Counted from the stretch's first letter, positions 1-8,943 are shown. The stretch is DNA of 64,000 bases from an uncultured Eubacterium sp. (GCA_945946665.1 CAMEWO010000010.1:1781-65780), one strand, 5' to 3'. A program made the numbers and translations. Notes: a model not told the origin generated them from the letters alone.

Positions 1-2388
1 GAAGCAACCGAGCAGGGTGAGTACGTTTCTACCATAAACTGCTTAAAGGAAATCGCTCTACAACAAATGATCCTAACCAAAAAGCAGTACGGCAAAGAGA
101 ACGGATATATTGCTTGGCACGGTTATCAGAGCTTTAAGCCGGATGAGGTTACGGCAAAAGAAGCACACGAAATCGGGTTGCAGACCGCAAGAGAAATGTG
201 GGGTGATCGGTATCAAATAATCGTTACTACCCACCTTGACAAAGACCATCTGCACAATCATTTCTGCTTCAATTCCGTGTCCTTTATTGATGGCGGCAAG
301 TATGTTTACTCGAAAAAAGAATGGTGGAGATTGATGCAAGTGTCTGACCGCATCTCTGCTGAACACGGCTTGTCGGTTATCAAGAACCCACACAAAGCAC
401 CCACAAGACAAGTATGGCTTGATGAGAAAAGCGGTAAATCTACCCGTTACAATGTATACCGTGAGGATGTGCGAGAAGCCATTGATTACAGCCGAAGTCC
501 AAAATATATCGAAGAATATTTGCAGAGAAAAGGATATATTACCGACTTCACGGGTAAGCATTGGAAGATACGATTGTCGCAGTACCAACACTTTACAAGG
601 CTTGATACCCTCGATGAGAGATGGACTCCCGAAAACCTAAAGTGGTCGATTGGCAGATACGCTTCTTTCGGTAGCAGACGGGCATATATCTCTTATCCCA
701 AAGATATGCCGCAGGACTTAAAGGATTGGTTTCAGCCATTCCACCATACAAGCCATATATACCGCTTGTCCCGTGATGACGAGCAGGAAGGCATTTCGGG
801 CAGTATTAAAAATCAGCAATCTATACTTGAGAAGTACGCTAAGGACAATGGCTTTAAGAACGCCCGTGTATTCGTGGATGACGGTTGGTCGGGAACGACT
901 TTCGCAAGACCTGCCTTCACCGAGATAATGGAACTTGCCGAAAAAGGAATGATTGGTACACTTATCGTAAAAGACCATTCCCGTCTTGGTCGTAACCGCT
1001 TGGTTGTCGGTCAGTTGTTGGAAGAAGGCTTTGATAGCTTGGGTGTAAGATATATTGCTATTATGGATAATATCGACACCGCAAAAGGTATCAGCGACCT
1101 TGTTCCAATGCAAGACCTATTCAACGAATGGCACGCTAAAAACACAAGCCAAAAAGTCCGCAACGTTTTCAAAAACAAAGGTATGTCGGGTGTACCGCTT
1201 ACAACAAATCCGCCTTTCGGGTATATGAAAAATCCCGATAACACAAAGGAATGGATTATAGACGAAGAAGCGGCAAAGACCGTCAGACAAATCTTCACCC
1301 TATGTGTTGAAGGACTTGGACCGACACAGATCGCAAAGCGGCTCAAAGCCGCAAAGATGCTGACACCTACGGAATATTGGATTAGCATCGGCAGAAATTG
1401 CAGTAAACCGCCCGCCGTTCCGTATAATTGGTGTTCGGCAACTGTGGCAGATATTCTTTCAAAGCAGGAATACTGCGGAGATACGGTCAACTTCCGAAGC
1501 ACGACAAAATCCTTTAAGAACAAAACGAAAATCGAAAGACCGCAGGAAGAATGGAAAATCTTCCCGAATACTCATCCGGCAATCATTGACCGAGAGGTGT
1601 TTGATTTGGTACAAGAGCTACGGCAACACCGCCGCAGACCTACCAAAAGCGGAATTGTCAGTTGGTTTTCGGGACTTCTCTACTGTGCAGATTGCGGAGA
1701 AAAATTGTATTACAGCGTAACAAACAACTACAAACGGGAGCAAGCGTATTTCTTTTGTTCTTCGTTCCGCAAAAACTCCGATGAATGTTCCGCCCACTAT
1801 ATTCGTGAAAAGGTGGTAATGGAAAATGTATTGGAAAGTATGCGGCGCATCTTACTGAACGTGCAAGCCTTTGAAAAGGAATTTGCCCGTAAACAGATGG
1901 AATGTTACAGTGAGGATAAGAAAAAAGAGCTTGCGGAGAAACGCCGAGAGCTTAGCAAGGCAAAGAAGCGTATCGCAGAGATTGACGGTTTGATACAGAA
2001 ACTCTACGAAGATAACGCTATCGGTAAAATATCCGATGAACGCTATGCCACCTTGTCAATGTCCTACGAGGAAGAACAGCGGGACTTAAAAGCTGCACTT
2101 CCTGATATGGAAACCTATCTCGAATCTGAAACGGACAAGACCGAGAGTTTACAGAGATTTATTGATAAGGTCAAGCGGATAACGGAACTCAAGGAACTGA
2201 CCGCCGAGTTAGTACACGAATTTATTGATAAAATCGTAGTACACGCTCCGAGATACCTTGACGGCAAAAGAGTTCAGCTCATAGATATTAACTACAACGG
2301 CGTTGGCATACTCCGAGAACTCACTCCTGAAGAAATGGAAGAATCGTTCCAAAAGCATATGGCGGAACGCAAAGCAAAAACGGCATAG
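1..2388 (+). CDS. In-frame fusion of MOBP-type relaxase (N-terminal, 5'-truncated by window) and TndX/TnpX-like large serine recombinase with DUF4368-like tail
   Basis: Frame is open from base 1. Relaxase motifs HGYQSF and THLDKDHLHNHFCFNS are followed at ~760 by YRLSRDDE...VDDGWSG (serine recombinase catalytic domain), a recombinase domain and a CADCG..C..C zinc ribbon. Confidence 0.85.
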   Translation, partial: EATEQGEYVSTINCLKEIALQQMILTKKQYGKENGYIAWHGYQSFKPDEVTAKEAHEIGLQTAREMWGDRYQIIVTTHLDKDHLHNHFCFNSVSFIDGGKYVYSKKEWWRLMQVSDRISAEHGLSVIKNPHKAPTRQVWLDEKSGKSTRYNVYREDVREAIDYSRSPKYIEEYLQRKGYITDFTGKHWKIRLSQYQHFTRLDTLDERWTPENLKWSIGRYASFGSRRAYISYPKDMPQDLKDWFQPFHHTSHIYRLSRDDEQEGISGSIKNQQSILEKYAKDNGFKNARVFVDDGWSGTTFARPAFTEIMELAEKGMIGTLIVKDHSRLGRNRLVVGQLLEEGFDSLGVRYIAIMDNIDTAKGISDLVPMQDLFNEWHAKNTSQKVRNVFKNKGMSGVPLTTNPPFGYMKNPDNTKEWIIDEEAAKTVRQIFTLCVEGLGPTQIAKRLKAAKMLTPTEYWISIGRNCSKPPAVPYNWCSATVADILSKQEYCGDTVNFRSTTKSFKNKTKIERPQEEWKIFPNTHPAIIDREVFDLVQELRQHRRRPTKSGIVSWFSGLLYCADCGEKLYYSVTNNYKREQAYFFCSSFRKNSDECSAHYIREKVVMENVLESMRRILLNVQAFEKEFARKQMECYSEDKKKELAEKRRELSKAKKRIAEIDGLIQKLYEDNAIGKISDERYATLSMSYEEEQRDLKAALPDMETYLESETDKTESLQRFIDKVKRITELKELTAELVHEFIDKIVVHAPRYLDGKRVQLIDINYNGVGILRELTPEEMEESFQKHMAERKAKTA

Positions 2389-2444
2389 CCAATGGCTACA
2401 CCGCTTAACGAAATCAATTATTCAGTTTAGATACAAGAGCCACC

Positions 2445-2490
2445 TTGGGGCACCTTCCTTACGGAGGGTGCCCCAACCGCTGTCCTTTTT
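2445..2490 (+). terminator. Intrinsic terminator-like hairpin after the recombinase
   Basis: ttggggcaccttcc-ttac-ggagggtgccccaa, 14-bp stem with one G.T, T-rich tail nearby. Confidence 0.6.
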
Positions 2491-2530
2491 CTTACTTATT
2501 TTGCGATAACCCACCTGTAGTTTCAGTTTG

Positions 2531-2970
2531 CAGCAACACCATTTTTTACACCAACACAGTGGTTTATGCCTAAACTGGTCCGATAGGGCAGGGTTTACTG
2601 GAATTCGGAGTTTGTCTGGGTGTCCGGCTGCTTATGGGGTTTAGAACTGCTAATTGGGTAAATACAATTGGAACTACGAAGAGAATCATCAGCGCTGTGG
2701 CATGTATGAATTACACTCGCTTATTTCAGCAATGGTTCAAAACTCAGCCCTACGGGCTTCAAACAGTTGCCCCATTGCTGGCGAAGTGTAATCCAACATA
2801 CCCCACCGCTTGTGATTTCTTCTAATGTTCCAATTGTATTTACCCAATTAGCAGTTCTAAACCCCATAAGCAGCCGGACACCCAGACAGACTCCGAATTC
2901 CAGTAAACCCTGCCCTATCGGACCAGTTTAGGCATATACTACTGTGTTGGTGTAAAAACTGGTGTTGCTG
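2531..2970. repeat. Giant palindromic element A (144-bp arms around a 152-bp core)
   Basis: 2531-2674 is the reverse complement of 2827-2970 with 4 mismatches; core 2675-2826. Confidence 0.95.
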
Positions 2971-3133
2971 AAAGTTATACCCTTAGTAAATTAGCATAAT
3001 ATTTTGAGAAAAATGGTTAGTGTTTCTGCTCTTTGCTGTCACTTTCGACAGATGATGTAGTGGCAGGCTGAGTCAGAACTTACTGGGGTGGGTGGGGTGT
3101 TCTTGCATTTTTGTTGTTTTGGAAGAGACAGTA

Positions 3134-3630
3134 GTAACTGGCTGAGCAGGATTTAACGGAAGTATGGCCGGTCTGCACCCTTATATAAAAAGTCACATTT
3201 AGAAGAAATCTTAGCGCTGCGGTGTGTATGGATTACACTTCGCCAGCAACTGTACGGATTATGGTAGTCCAGGCTGTACCCTTAAATAGAAAAAAGTCAC
3301 ATTTAGAAGAAATCTTAGTGCTGCGGTGTGTATGGATTACACTTCGCCAACAACTGACCGATTGTTTGAGTCCCGACAGGGGCGAGTTGAAGGGAAGTTG
3401 TTGAAATAAGCGAGTGTAATCCATATACATCGCAACACTTAGATTCTCTTCGTCGTGACTTTTTTCTATTTAAGGGTACAGCCTGGGCTGCCACAATCCG
3501 TGCAGTTGCTGAAATAAGCGAGTGTAAGACATATGCGTCGCAACGCTTAGATTCTCTTCGTCGTTCCAGGAAGGCAGCATATGTAGGTACACACAGGCCA
3601 TACTTCCGTTAATTCATGCCAGCTGGTTAC
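3134..3630. repeat. Giant nested palindromic element B (B-spacer-B-loop-A'-spacer'-A')
   Basis: B units 3187-3245 and 3291-3349; A' units 3403-3464 and 3511-3564; 45-bp spacers 3246-3290 and 3465-3509 complementary with 4 transitions; perfect 17-bp outer IR 3153-3169/3596-3612. Confidence 0.95.
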
Positions 3631-3691
3631 GGCAGGGATTGTCGAAATGACGTAAGGATGTAAGAACATGGGGCGGAAAGTGCGATTGTGC

Positions 3692-3719
3692 TTGACCTTA
3701 ACCTTGTTTTCGGTATAAA
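3692..3719 (+). promoter_or_regulatory. Possible sigma-A promoter for the GH13 operon
   Basis: TTGACC-16-TATAAA about 110 bp upstream of the start. Confidence 0.35.
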
Positions 3720-3825
3720 ATTATGGTGTATGAGGCTATACTGTATCATGAATGGTGCAGCAAAGGGTGGAAGTGAGAAATTGCGCAGACTGGCGTAGTT
3801 TTATCCCCCTAGAAATGAGGAATTT

Positions 3826-5937
3826 GTGAAAATAGTTAAATGGATCAATTCTCTTGATGCGAATGAAAAGAAACTTTTATATATGTGCAATACACGTCCT
3901 GTTTTAAAGCCAAGGGCGTTGTATTCTGATGGAACAGGAGATTACAGAATACCTGCGGAGTGTGAACCATGGGATACTGTAAGGCTCAGGCTCAGAACCG
4001 GAAAGTTTAATATTGATAAGGCATATTTGTATGTGGATAATGAAGAATATCCAATGGAGCGTGTTGAATCAGATACCTATTTTGATTACTATGAGGCATC
4101 TGTGGAGGTTGGAGAGGCACCTGTCTCATATTATTTTAAGGTAGTTGGTGCAAAGTCTGTTGTGTATTACTATAACCAGATTGGTGCGGCAAAGGAGCTT
4201 AACCCATATTATAATTTCCAGATTTATCCTGGACACAAGGTTCCAGAATGGATTAAAGGAGCAGTAATCTACCAGATATTTGTGGACAGATTCTGCGACG
4301 GAGATAAATCTAACAATGTGCTGGATGATGAGTATTCTTATATTGGTGAGCATGTTGTACAGGTGCAGGACTGGAACAAATATCCTGCTTCAATGGGTGT
4401 TAGAGAATTTTATGGCGGTGACCTTAAGGGAGTATGGGACCAGCTTGATTATCTGCAGAGTCTGGGCGTGGAGGTTATATATTTTAATCCCCTTTTTGTA
4501 TCTCCATCTAACCACAAATACGATATTCAGGACTATGACTATATTGACCCACACTTTGGAGTTATCGTTGATGATGAGGGTGAACTTCTGGGTGAGGGAG
4601 ATATGGATAATACCCATGCAACAAGATATATTAACAGGGTTACCAACAAGAAGAACCTGGAAGCAAGCAACGCATTTTTTGCAAAGCTTGTGGAGGAAAT
4701 CCACAGAAGAGGCATGAAGGTCATAATTGACGGAGTGTTTAACCACTGTGGTTCCTTTAACAAATGGATGGACAGAGAACATATATACAGCAACAGCAAT
4801 GAGCAGTATGAGGCTGGTGCATATGAAAAATATGAGAGTCCATACCACAGCTTCTTTAAGTTTTATGGAGACCAGTGGCCTGATAATGATTCATACGATG
4901 GATGGTGGGGACATGACACACTTCCTAAACTTAATTATGAGGAGTCAGATAAGCTGGAAGAATATATAATCAACATTGGAAAGAAATGGGTATCTCCTCC
5001 TTACAATGTAGATGGCTGGAGATTAGACGTGGCAGCAGACTTGGGATACAGCCAGGAATATAACCATGAATTCTGGAAGAAGTTCAGAATTGCTGTAAAG
5101 GAGGCAAATCCTGATGCGGTAATTCTTGCTGAGCATTATGGTGACTGTCACAGCTGGCTTAGCGGCGGCGAGTGGGATACTATAATGAATTATGATGCAT
5201 TTATGGAGCCTGTAACATGGTTCCTTACTGGAATGGAGAAACATTCTGATGAATACAGGCATGATATGCTGGGAAATGCAGGTAATTTCTTTGGTGCGAT
5301 GCATCACGGAATGTCAAGGATGGGCAGCCAGGCAGTATATACTTCTATGAATGAACTGTCAAATCATGACCATTCAAGATTCCTTACAAGAACTAACCAT
5401 ATTGTGGGACGTACAGCATCTGTGGGACCACTGCGGGCTTCGGAAAATGTTAATAAGGCCTGCTTTATGGAAGCAGTAGTGATGCAGATGACATGGCCTG
5501 GTGCACCTACAATATATTACGGTGATGAGGCTGGTGTATGTGGCTGGACAGATCCAGACAACAGGCGGACTTATCCGTGGGGACATGAGGATCAGGAACT
5601 GATAAGATTCCATCAGGATATAATAAAACTCCATAAGGAATGCAGTGTGCTGCAAAACGGCTCATACAAGGAACTGGTTTCAGAATATAATCTGCTGGCT
5701 TATGGCAGGTTTGACAGGAATGATATATTAGTTGTTGTTATTAATAATTCAGACGATGAAAGACGTGTATCCATACCAGTGTGGGAGTTAGGTATGCCTA
5801 CGGATACTGATATGGAACAGATATTTGTAACTTATGATGGGGGATACAGCACGCAGAGACTTTATTATTCTGTCAATGACGGATGGATTAGTCTTGGTAT
5901 GAGAAGACATTCCTCTCTTGTGCTTCGCAAAGCGTAG
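3826..5937 (+). CDS. GH13 neopullulanase/cyclomaltodextrinase-like alpha-glycosidase with N-terminal CBM-like domain
   Basis: GH13 regions DGVFNH, GWRLDVA, AEHYG, SNHD; YQIFVDRF and YYGDEAG. Confidence 0.9.
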   Translation: MKIVKWINSLDANEKKLLYMCNTRPVLKPRALYSDGTGDYRIPAECEPWDTVRLRLRTGKFNIDKAYLYVDNEEYPMERVESDTYFDYYEASVEVGEAPVSYYFKVVGAKSVVYYYNQIGAAKELNPYYNFQIYPGHKVPEWIKGAVIYQIFVDRFCDGDKSNNVLDDEYSYIGEHVVQVQDWNKYPASMGVREFYGGDLKGVWDQLDYLQSLGVEVIYFNPLFVSPSNHKYDIQDYDYIDPHFGVIVDDEGELLGEGDMDNTHATRYINRVTNKKNLEASNAFFAKLVEEIHRRGMKVIIDGVFNHCGSFNKWMDREHIYSNSNEQYEAGAYEKYESPYHSFFKFYGDQWPDNDSYDGWWGHDTLPKLNYEESDKLEEYIINIGKKWVSPPYNVDGWRLDVAADLGYSQEYNHEFWKKFRIAVKEANPDAVILAEHYGDCHSWLSGGEWDTIMNYDAFMEPVTWFLTGMEKHSDEYRHDMLGNAGNFFGAMHHGMSRMGSQAVYTSMNELSNHDHSRFLTRTNHIVGRTASVGPLRASENVNKACFMEAVVMQMTWPGAPTIYYGDEAGVCGWTDPDNRRTYPWGHEDQELIRFHQDIIKLHKECSVLQNGSYKELVSEYNLLAYGRFDRNDILVVVINNSDDERRVSIPVWELGMPTDTDMEQIFVTYDGGYSTQRLYYSVNDGWISLGMRRHSSLVLRKA

Positions 5938-5952
5938 AAAGGTGGTAAACAG

Positions 5953-6837
5953 ATGAGTAACGATAAGGAAACAAGACCAGAGATTAAGCTGAACCGTAAG
6001 ATGAGAATGTGGAATAAATACAGAATTTTCTGTATTATTGCAGCTGTAATTCTTGTGGTTGTTATAGTGGTAGTGGCAGCTGTTAAGGGAATTACAGGAG
6101 GTAAGAATAAGCAGGTTGCTGAGAATCCTACCCCAAGCCAGGGACAGAGCCAGACTTATGTGCCTGAGGCAACAACCACGGCAGGTGAAACAACAGGAGC
6201 AGAACAGACAACAAAGCAGGAGGAGACAACAACTACCCAGGCTGCACCATCTGGAAGTGGACTTAAGCTTAGTGGTTCTGCGGAAGCTGAGACATTTACA
6301 AATAAGGATTATTATTCAGATACAGTATTTATGGGAGATTCTGTTATATCAGGTATTGAGAGCTATGGATACCTTAATAATGTTGTGGGAAATGTGAATG
6401 CCACAAGTGGCAAGCTGGAATCTTACGTTAATGAGGCCATGAAATCTAACCCTTCGAAGGTATTTATTATGGTTGGACATAATGATGCCAACTATGGAAC
6501 AATAAAGGAAGAATCTCTTGCTTCTAATATTACTGATATTGTAGCAGCAATTCATAAGAAGAATAGTTCAACCAAGGTATATGTTTTATCAATTACACCA
6601 ATTACATCTGCATATGAGAATAAGTCATCTAATAATGTAAAGCAGTCTTATATTGATAAAGCCAACAGCCTTATTGAGGAGAATGCTTCATCAGGAAAGT
6701 ACACGTATGTAGATGTTGCATCTGCATATAAAGATACTAATGGCTATATGAAAACAGATTGTACAGGTAATGGTATTAACCTTAAGAATAGTTATTATCC
6801 ATTTCTTCTTAATGGCATTGCTGAAGTAGTAAAGTAG
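5953..6837 (+). CDS. Membrane-anchored SGNH/GDSL hydrolase-like protein
   Basis: N-terminal TM helix, T/Q-rich linker, FMGDSV and VGHND blocks. Confidence 0.7.
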   Translation: MSNDKETRPEIKLNRKMRMWNKYRIFCIIAAVILVVVIVVVAAVKGITGGKNKQVAENPTPSQGQSQTYVPEATTTAGETTGAEQTTKQEETTTTQAAPSGSGLKLSGSAEAETFTNKDYYSDTVFMGDSVISGIESYGYLNNVVGNVNATSGKLESYVNEAMKSNPSKVFIMVGHNDANYGTIKEESLASNITDIVAAIHKKNSSTKVYVLSITPITSAYENKSSNNVKQSYIDKANSLIEENASSGKYTYVDVASAYKDTNGYMKTDCTGNGINLKNSYYPFLLNGIAEVVK

Positions 6838-6855
6838 TTTAAGAATGGAGTGACA

Positions 6856-7566
6856 ATGAATTTTCACGTATTAACCCTTTTTCCAGACATGATTACACAG
6901 GGGCTTAACACCAGCATAACAGGAAGGGCTATTGAGAATGGTCTTGTTTCTATAGAGGCAGTTAATATCAGGGATTATTCAACTGATAAGCATCTTAAGG
7001 TGGATGATTATCCATATGGTGGCGGTGCAGGACTGGTTATGAGGGCTGACCCTATATGCAGGGCATATGATGCAGTTGCTTCCAGACTGGATAAGAAGCC
7101 AAGAGTGGTATATATGACTCCCGTAGGATATACATTTAACCAGAACATGGCAAGGGAGTTTGCCCAGGAAGAAGAACTGGTTATTCTCTGCGGACACTAT
7201 GAAGGAGTGGATGAGCGGGCGCTTGAGACAATTGTGACAGATTTCGTCTCTATAGGTGATTATGTGCTGACAGGTGGAGAACTGGCAGCCATGGTAGTTA
7301 TTGATGCGGTGTCACGGCTGGTTCCAGGGGTACTTCATAATGATGAGTCTGCTGTTACAGAGAGCTTTGAGAATGGTCTTCTGGAATATCCACAGTATAC
7401 ACGTCCTGAGGTTTACAATGGAATGGCAGTTCCGGAGGTTCTGCTTTCAGGACACCATGGCAACGTGGATAAATGGCGGTTGGAGCAATCCCTTCAGCGC
7501 ACTAAGAAGTACAGACCAGATCTGTATGAGGCATATATGGAGCGTACTAAGAAAGATAAAGCTTAG
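6856..7566 (+). CDS. trmD: tRNA (guanine37-N1)-methyltransferase
   Basis: VDDYPYGGGAG, LCGHYEGVDER, SIGDYVLTGGE, LEYPQYTRP. Confidence 0.97.
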   Translation: MNFHVLTLFPDMITQGLNTSITGRAIENGLVSIEAVNIRDYSTDKHLKVDDYPYGGGAGLVMRADPICRAYDAVASRLDKKPRVVYMTPVGYTFNQNMAREFAQEEELVILCGHYEGVDERALETIVTDFVSIGDYVLTGGELAAMVVIDAVSRLVPGVLHNDESAVTESFENGLLEYPQYTRPEVYNGMAVPEVLLSGHHGNVDKWRLEQSLQRTKKYRPDLYEAYMERTKKDKA

Positions 7567-7568
7567 AA

Positions 7569-8282
7569 ATGAGGATTAAAATGATTAATTCTTATGTAGC
7601 ATTAGATATTGAGACAACGGGGGTTAATCCTTCCCTTGATAAAATTATTGAAATTGGAATGGCTAAGGTTGTTGACGGAGTAGTGGTTGACAGCTTTAGC
7701 TCTCTTATTGACCCCAGAACTTCCATCAGTTCAAGGATTACAGAACTTACAGGGATTACTGATGAGGATGTGAAGGGAAAACCTGTTATTGACAGTGTTA
7801 TTGGTTATATTGTGGAATTCACGGAAGGGTTTCCTTTGCTGGGACATAACATTATATTTGACTACAGCTTTATAAAGAAGGCTGCTGTCAACAATAAAAT
7901 AGAATTCGAGAGGGATGGGATTGATACCCTGAAGATGTCACGTAGATTGCTTCCTGATATGCCGCACAAGGGACTGGAGTATCTCTGCGGACAGCTGGGA
8001 ATTAATCCGGGACATTCCCACAGGGCATATGATGATGCGCTTAGTGCCATGGAGTTGTATAACAGGCTGTATGATATTAATCCGGAGGATAGCGGGTTTA
8101 TGCAGCCTGTTAAACTTGTGTTTTCTGTTAAGAAGGATACACCTGTTACAGCAGCCCAGATAAGGTATCTGTATGCACTGCTGGCGAAACACAATCTGTC
8201 GGTTGATGAACCGGTTGAAAGTCTTACAAAAAGCAAGGCAAGCAGACTGATTGATCAGATTATTTCCCAGTACGGCAAGTGA
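7569..8282 (+). CDS. DEDDh 3'-5' exonuclease (DnaQ/PolC-epsilon-like)
   Basis: ALDIETTG, GHNIIFD, HRAYDDA. Confidence 0.9.
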   Translation: MRIKMINSYVALDIETTGVNPSLDKIIEIGMAKVVDGVVVDSFSSLIDPRTSISSRITELTGITDEDVKGKPVIDSVIGYIVEFTEGFPLLGHNIIFDYSFIKKAAVNNKIEFERDGIDTLKMSRRLLPDMPHKGLEYLCGQLGINPGHSHRAYDDALSAMELYNRLYDINPEDSGFMQPVKLVFSVKKDTPVTAAQIRYLYALLAKHNLSVDEPVESLTKSKASRLIDQIISQYGK

Positions 8283-8311
8283 GCCCCTCATGTCAGCAGC
8301 ACTTAGTAAAA

Positions 8312-8599
8312 CCTACGATAGGTATGCGTGGATTATGGCAGTTCGACTGTACCCTTAAGTAGAAAAAAGTCACGACGAAGAGAATCTAAGCGTTGCGACG
8401 CATATGAATTACACTCGCTTATTTCGCGACCGCTCTCCAACTCGCCCCTGTCGGGGCTCAAACAATCCGAGCAGTCGCTGGCGAAGTGTAATCCATACAC
8501 GCCGCAGCGCTAAGATTTCTTCTAAATGTGACTTTTTTCTACTTAAGGGTACAGTCAGAGCTGCCGTAATCCACGTATACCTATCTTATGTATCGTAGG
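8312..8599. repeat. Giant palindromic element C (arm-A-loop-B'-arm')
   Basis: 8317-8373 pairs with 8528-8585 (3 transitions, 1 indel); A unit 8364-8425, B' unit 8479-8537. Confidence 0.95.
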
Positions 8600-8879
8600 C
8601 TGTATGTGCGTCTGGCTGCTTACGGGACCTAGGGCTGCTGAACCGGTAAATGCAATTGGGACATTAGAAGAAATCACAAGCGGTGGGGTATGTTGGATTA
8701 CACTTCGCCAGCAATGGGGCAACTGTTTGAAGCCCGTAGGGCTGAGTTTTGAACCATTGCTGAAATAAGCGAGTGTAATTCATACATGCCACAGCGCTGA
8801 TGATTCTCTTCGTAGTTCCAATTGCATTTACCGGTTTAGTAGCCCTAGGTCCCATAAGCAGCCAGACACATATACAGCC
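8598..8879. repeat. Giant palindromic element D (65-bp arms; core is the exact reverse complement of the core of A)
   Basis: 8598-8662 vs 8815-8879, 6 transitions; core 8663-8814 equals the reverse complement of 2675-2826. Confidence 0.95.
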
Positions 8880-8943
8880 GGGCAGGCATATACGCAGGCT
8901 CTGCGAAGTGTTGCTGTTGCCACTGAGGCTGCATGGATGTTGG

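Larger units (their letters stand above)
1..2490 (+). mobile_element. Right end of an ICE/IME-derived element (exact att not resolved)
   Basis: Relaxase plus terminal serine recombinase; codon style differs from the downstream host genes. Confidence 0.6.

Noticed and set aside
2634-2825. Short ORFs with MNYTRLFQQ / MDYTSP in the repeats (also 3222-3430, 8328-8598, 8664-8954, 56237-56582)
   Set aside because: They occur on both strands of palindromes, have no RBS and have inconsistent starts and stops between copies; they are by-products of the repeat.
3187-3349. Repeat-spacer-repeat pattern (also 56240-56408) as a CRISPR array
   Set aside because: Only two units of 59-62 bp per side, each spacer has a complementary mate in the same locus, and there are no cas genes; it is explained by the nested hairpin.
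2531-8916. Hairpin elements as classical IS or MITE with target-site duplication
   Set aside because: No transposase in the window and no flanking direct repeats seen; the arms are long and locus-specific rather than fixed TIRs.
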